Shown here piece by piece: positions 62,001-64,000 of a DNA stretch of 64,000 nucleotides. Made by a program: the position numbers and the translations under genes. The DNA is taken from the NCBI GenBank assembly GCA_900767585.1, contig CAAFZP010000097.1:22694-86693 (forward strand), written 5' to 3'. Every line of letters begins with the position of its first letter. Within the stretch, counting starts at the first letter, position 1. The stretch is from Lachnospiraceae bacterium. Its GTDB lineage: Bacteria; Bacillota; Clostridia; Lachnospirales; Lachnospiraceae. The notes beneath the pieces were generated by a model that was not told the origin of the DNA, did no database searches, and was given only the letters and a program-made list of their open reading frames with translations.

Positions 62001-64000
62001 GTGCCGATTCTTTTTGTTTTGTATCCGTCGCCCAAACAACAAGCTGTCCGGAATATCCACTTCCGACAAGCAGTGTTGCTTCATACAGGCCATTTCCTTT
62101 GCTCACCATCTTTGTCTGTGTCGTTGTTGCAGGCTCTGTCGCTGCATCCTTGCCTGCAAAATAATAAGTCAGGTGATCACAAGGGCTTTCATCCGAACGG
62201 TATGTGATCGTAAGCGTCATACCAGCCACATTATTCTGTGAATGATAGTAACTACCAAATCCAAGCTGGTTCACAAAGCCTGCCGGTTCTACCGAATGGC
62301 TGACGTAAACCGGGATTTTTGTATCGATGACAATCGGTCCTTTTTCTGTATATATTCCGGATATTGCATTCGTTGTAGAGTTATACAGCTGGAAACGGAT
62401 ATTTGTATATGTACCATCCTGCGTGATTCCGGCTGACTGATTCTTAAATAATGCTTTTGCAGCAGTTCTGGTCATTGTATCCGAGATGTCTGTATCTCCA
62501 GCATTCAGGATTCTTACCATGTCATAGCCACCAGCACCTTCCGCTACAATCGTATAACTCGGATAATATCCATTCACCGGTGTCTCTTTGATTGTAAAGT
62601 GTCCATTTGATGAATCCCGTGTCACCGAAAACTTCGGTGGCTGTGCAACAACCACTTCATAATTTCCTTTCTCTGAAAATGTAGGACGGATATAATAATA
62701 AGCATTTGCCGGGCTGCTGTAAATCTTGCGGTTCGTCTCCCAGCTGTCTTTGTTGGTCAAGCCAAGATATTGGGTCAAAAACGTTTCCGGATTATTCGCA
62801 TATGCAGTCTGTTCTGCTTTATTATTTCCATCTGCGATATTTTCCGGATTCGTGATCGTAAGTTTACACTCCGGGCTATCCTGTCCAAAGGAAACCGAAT
62901 CTTTATCATATTCTACTTTTACATTCAATGTGCGCTTTGTAACGCTGGCTGCATTTGCCACATCCAGATGTCCGTCTGTAACACCTTCAAGCTTATAGCA
63001 GTCTTTCTTATCGCCGGTCAGTGTAACCCCTGTTAACCGGATTGTCTTTCCTGTCCCGACATCGGCACCTCTTACATTTCCGCTTGGAAGGAGCGTTGCT
63101 ATTGCATCAAAGGAAACCTGGATTGCATCTTTTTTCATGCACGCAGGTTCCGAGCCATCCGCCGCTTTCACATCCGCAGTTGCCTGCACAGGAATTGTAT
63201 CCGAGTTGTCATATACCTTTGTCAGTGTTCCACCTGTGGTAGAGCTTTTTACATCGCCGATTACAACAGGAAGTGGATTCACTTCAAATACAAGATTAAA
63301 CGTTGCAGTCTTGGATGAATCGTTTGTATCAGTGACTGTAAACGGATATGTCACTGCATTTGTCGTCACACCTACCGGTGTGCCTGAAATCGTATACGAG
63401 TTCGCTGCATTATTTACCAAAAGACCATATGTGCTTAATCCGGTTGTAACCGTCTGCATGCCATTTGTAAATTGAATCGTTTCGCTCTCTGTATCATCTT
63501 TTCTGTATTTTGCAGTGATAACATGGTTCATCGTCGTTCCATATGTTCCTGTAATCACAGCATTTTCGCCATCTACTTTCTCTCCATCTATATAAAGATT
63601 AATCTCCTTATATTTCCACTGACCAACCAGCGTTACACCTTCCACATTTGGATTTGTTGTCACAGAAGCCAGTTTTTTTGCAAGTCCGGCGTCGGAATCT
63701 GCAGTCAACTGCATCTGTGTTCCGCCCGCGAGCAAATCATCACTTCCACCTTCAATCTTCCAGCCTGCAAAATAATAGCCAGAGTTTGATATCATGCTTT
63801 CACTCATCTGCTTTAACGTAATCGTGGAATTGTAATCTGCTTCCACGGTCTCTGAAGTATGTGCAGAATCATTTGGACGTAATGTAGATGCGAAATCCGC
63901 ATCATCTCCATAATACTTGTATGTAATCTTCAATTTTTCCATTGGAGCCCAACGAACCGGAAGATGGACATCTGTTTCCTGATAACTACTTGCGGATACC
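59089..64000 (-). CDS. Very large cell-wall-anchored surface protein (SPQTG sortase signal), 5' end outside the window
   Basis: The C-terminus reads SPQTG, then a hydrophobic segment, then KKKKEQ. The body is beta-rich and Ig-like throughout. The reading frame stays open upstream of the annotated Met at 63942 all the way to the window edge. Confidence 0.8.
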   Translation of the reverse strand, partial: VSASSYQETDVHLPVRWAPMEKLKITYKYYGDDADFASTLRPNDSAHTSETVEADYNSTITLKQMSESMISNSGYYFAGWKIEGGSDDLLAGGTQMQLTADSDAGLAKKLASVTTNPNVEGVTLVGQWKYKEINLYIDGEKVDGENAVITGTYGTTMNHVITAKYRKDDTESETIQFTNGMQTVTTGLSTYGLLVNNAANSYTISGTPVGVTTNAVTYPFTVTDTNDSSKTATFNLVFEVNPLPVVIGDVKSSTTGGTLTKVYDNSDTIPVQATADVKAADGSEPACMKKDAIQVSFDAIATLLPSGNVRGADVGTGKTIRLTGVTLTGDKKDCYKLEGVTDGHLDVANAASVTKRTLNVKVEYDKDSVSFGQDSPECKLTITNPENIADGNNKAEQTAYANNPETFLTQYLGLTNKDSWETNRKIYSSPANAYYYIRPTFSEKGNYEVVVAQPPKFSVTRDSSNGHFTIKETPVNGYYPSYTIVAEGAGGYDMVRILNAGDTDISDTMTRTAAKALFKNQSAGITQDGTYTNIRFQLYNSTTNAISGIYTEKGPIVIDTKIPVYVSHSVEPAGFVNQLGFGSYYHSQNNVAGMTLTITYRSDESPCDHLTYYFAGKDAATEPATTTQTKMVSKGNGLYEATLLVGSGYSGQLVVWATDTKQKESAHTKLVCYSKNTDAQLNDKYYEWMVEDKIPTAVMTVQGNGEAALTDKWYHTLDAAIEATDIDSGLDQAEWTIETPSTTVKKTTSAYGVNVTKDAKLTEYTFHQEISGGVSADYTPGKYQISAVVKDNAGNIVEVAKQGPFLFDGIKPAVTLKDDGESQTQFQSDVTIMMEVTEGELESGIDSIALYKDNTDGEPIKTWTAAGAKSWTESYDVTDSGTYILVAKDIAGNREEKSVTYSHISSERPDTPSVSITKGEHGAIGNAGWLIQDKPQVTIKSTTQTKDSVPVKTYYKVIYKDAAGKHESSDSFTGESYTFALEGQGDVTVQAWAVSEAGCQSDTMSEDAKVDIEGPAVTITDSTVDANGEVTINFQAIDLISGVDTEKVLVNGNAVAVTDTDGVAKGSFKADGSAIYTITAYDNAGNASAEVSFNPLVLQATPVTAVTNTTAHIEAQVLQGTNPISKSLCYIEYKKASETSYDTVLVNKTETAYGIEMIYNFSKLTPDTVYDYRIHAATLNSSEERVIEGSFRTLTGNSTTTIYGTASYNASLPDDIKEKPIYVNLYSGETILAGEVVTGNDNVRYMFTGVSDGTYRIVATNGTLKKEASVTVTDGMITYPESYSTTGGINFVLSGLSTDVVLDDGDVEIAVDGLDKIYNNSAYKGNVTDDDLKIVEAGGRIDITLHASYVKVNDVTATEQGIFADKLGSHTEILRYINLYIVKTVYDKDGNVEYTQNLTRLYEPLTISFPLEDLAGENIRVASLHADGNNYTFKNWTSASDATLTHDYVIIHTDRFSTYALYRTLQPKMYTVVWKDGDGNVLKTESVEEGKSATPPEGTPAKTPTDKYTYTFEGWDQDYTNVTKDMVILAWFYSTKKEEPTPENPTTEAPTTETPTTETPSTNGQNNAPNADVKPGKTDASNPSTSTSSNGVKYTYMGAVNSPQTGDMMPIVLLAFACVAAGAGIVVIMIKKKKEQ

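Overview
The window is a 64 kb chromosomal segment that looks like it comes from a low-to-moderate-GC, spore-forming Clostridia genome. Its content is Lachnospiraceae-like, and sigH, an alpha/beta-type small acid-soluble spore protein (SASP) and a CIRCE heat-shock operator controlling groESL are present. Almost every gene is on the minus strand. Most of the window is housekeeping: lysR, groES and groEL, glnS, the conserved cysS-mrnC-rlmB-sigH block followed by tRNA-Thr, two ABC exporter pairs, rarA, hisC, pepD, a GH3 beta-glucosidase, uppP, ppk2, proA, zupT, the divergent pdxK/pdxR pair, prmC and prfA, rpmE, rho, engB, clpX and tig. The accessory-looking content is: (1) a HicA/HicB toxin-antitoxin pair beside a composite palindromic repeat whose hairpins are capped by cUUCGg tetraloops; (2) a putative cohesin-bearing membrane protein adjacent to a dockerin-tagged SH3b-GH73 cell-wall hydrolase, so a candidate cohesin-dockerin pair; (3) a MacB-type efflux operon with two HlyD-like adaptors and a tandem-repeat tail, running into overlapping SEC-C, UvrD-like helicase and lipoprotein genes; (4) a GC-rich NlpC/P60 peptidase gene; (5) a 470-bp non-coding region with a strong promoter and structured GC-rich elements; and (6) a very large sortase-anchored (SPQTG) surface protein that is cut off by the window edge. 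I found no CRISPR array, transposase, integrase or known defence-system hallmark. The most system-like candidates are items 2 and 3. All calls come from reading the translations and sequence motifs by eye; no database search was possible.
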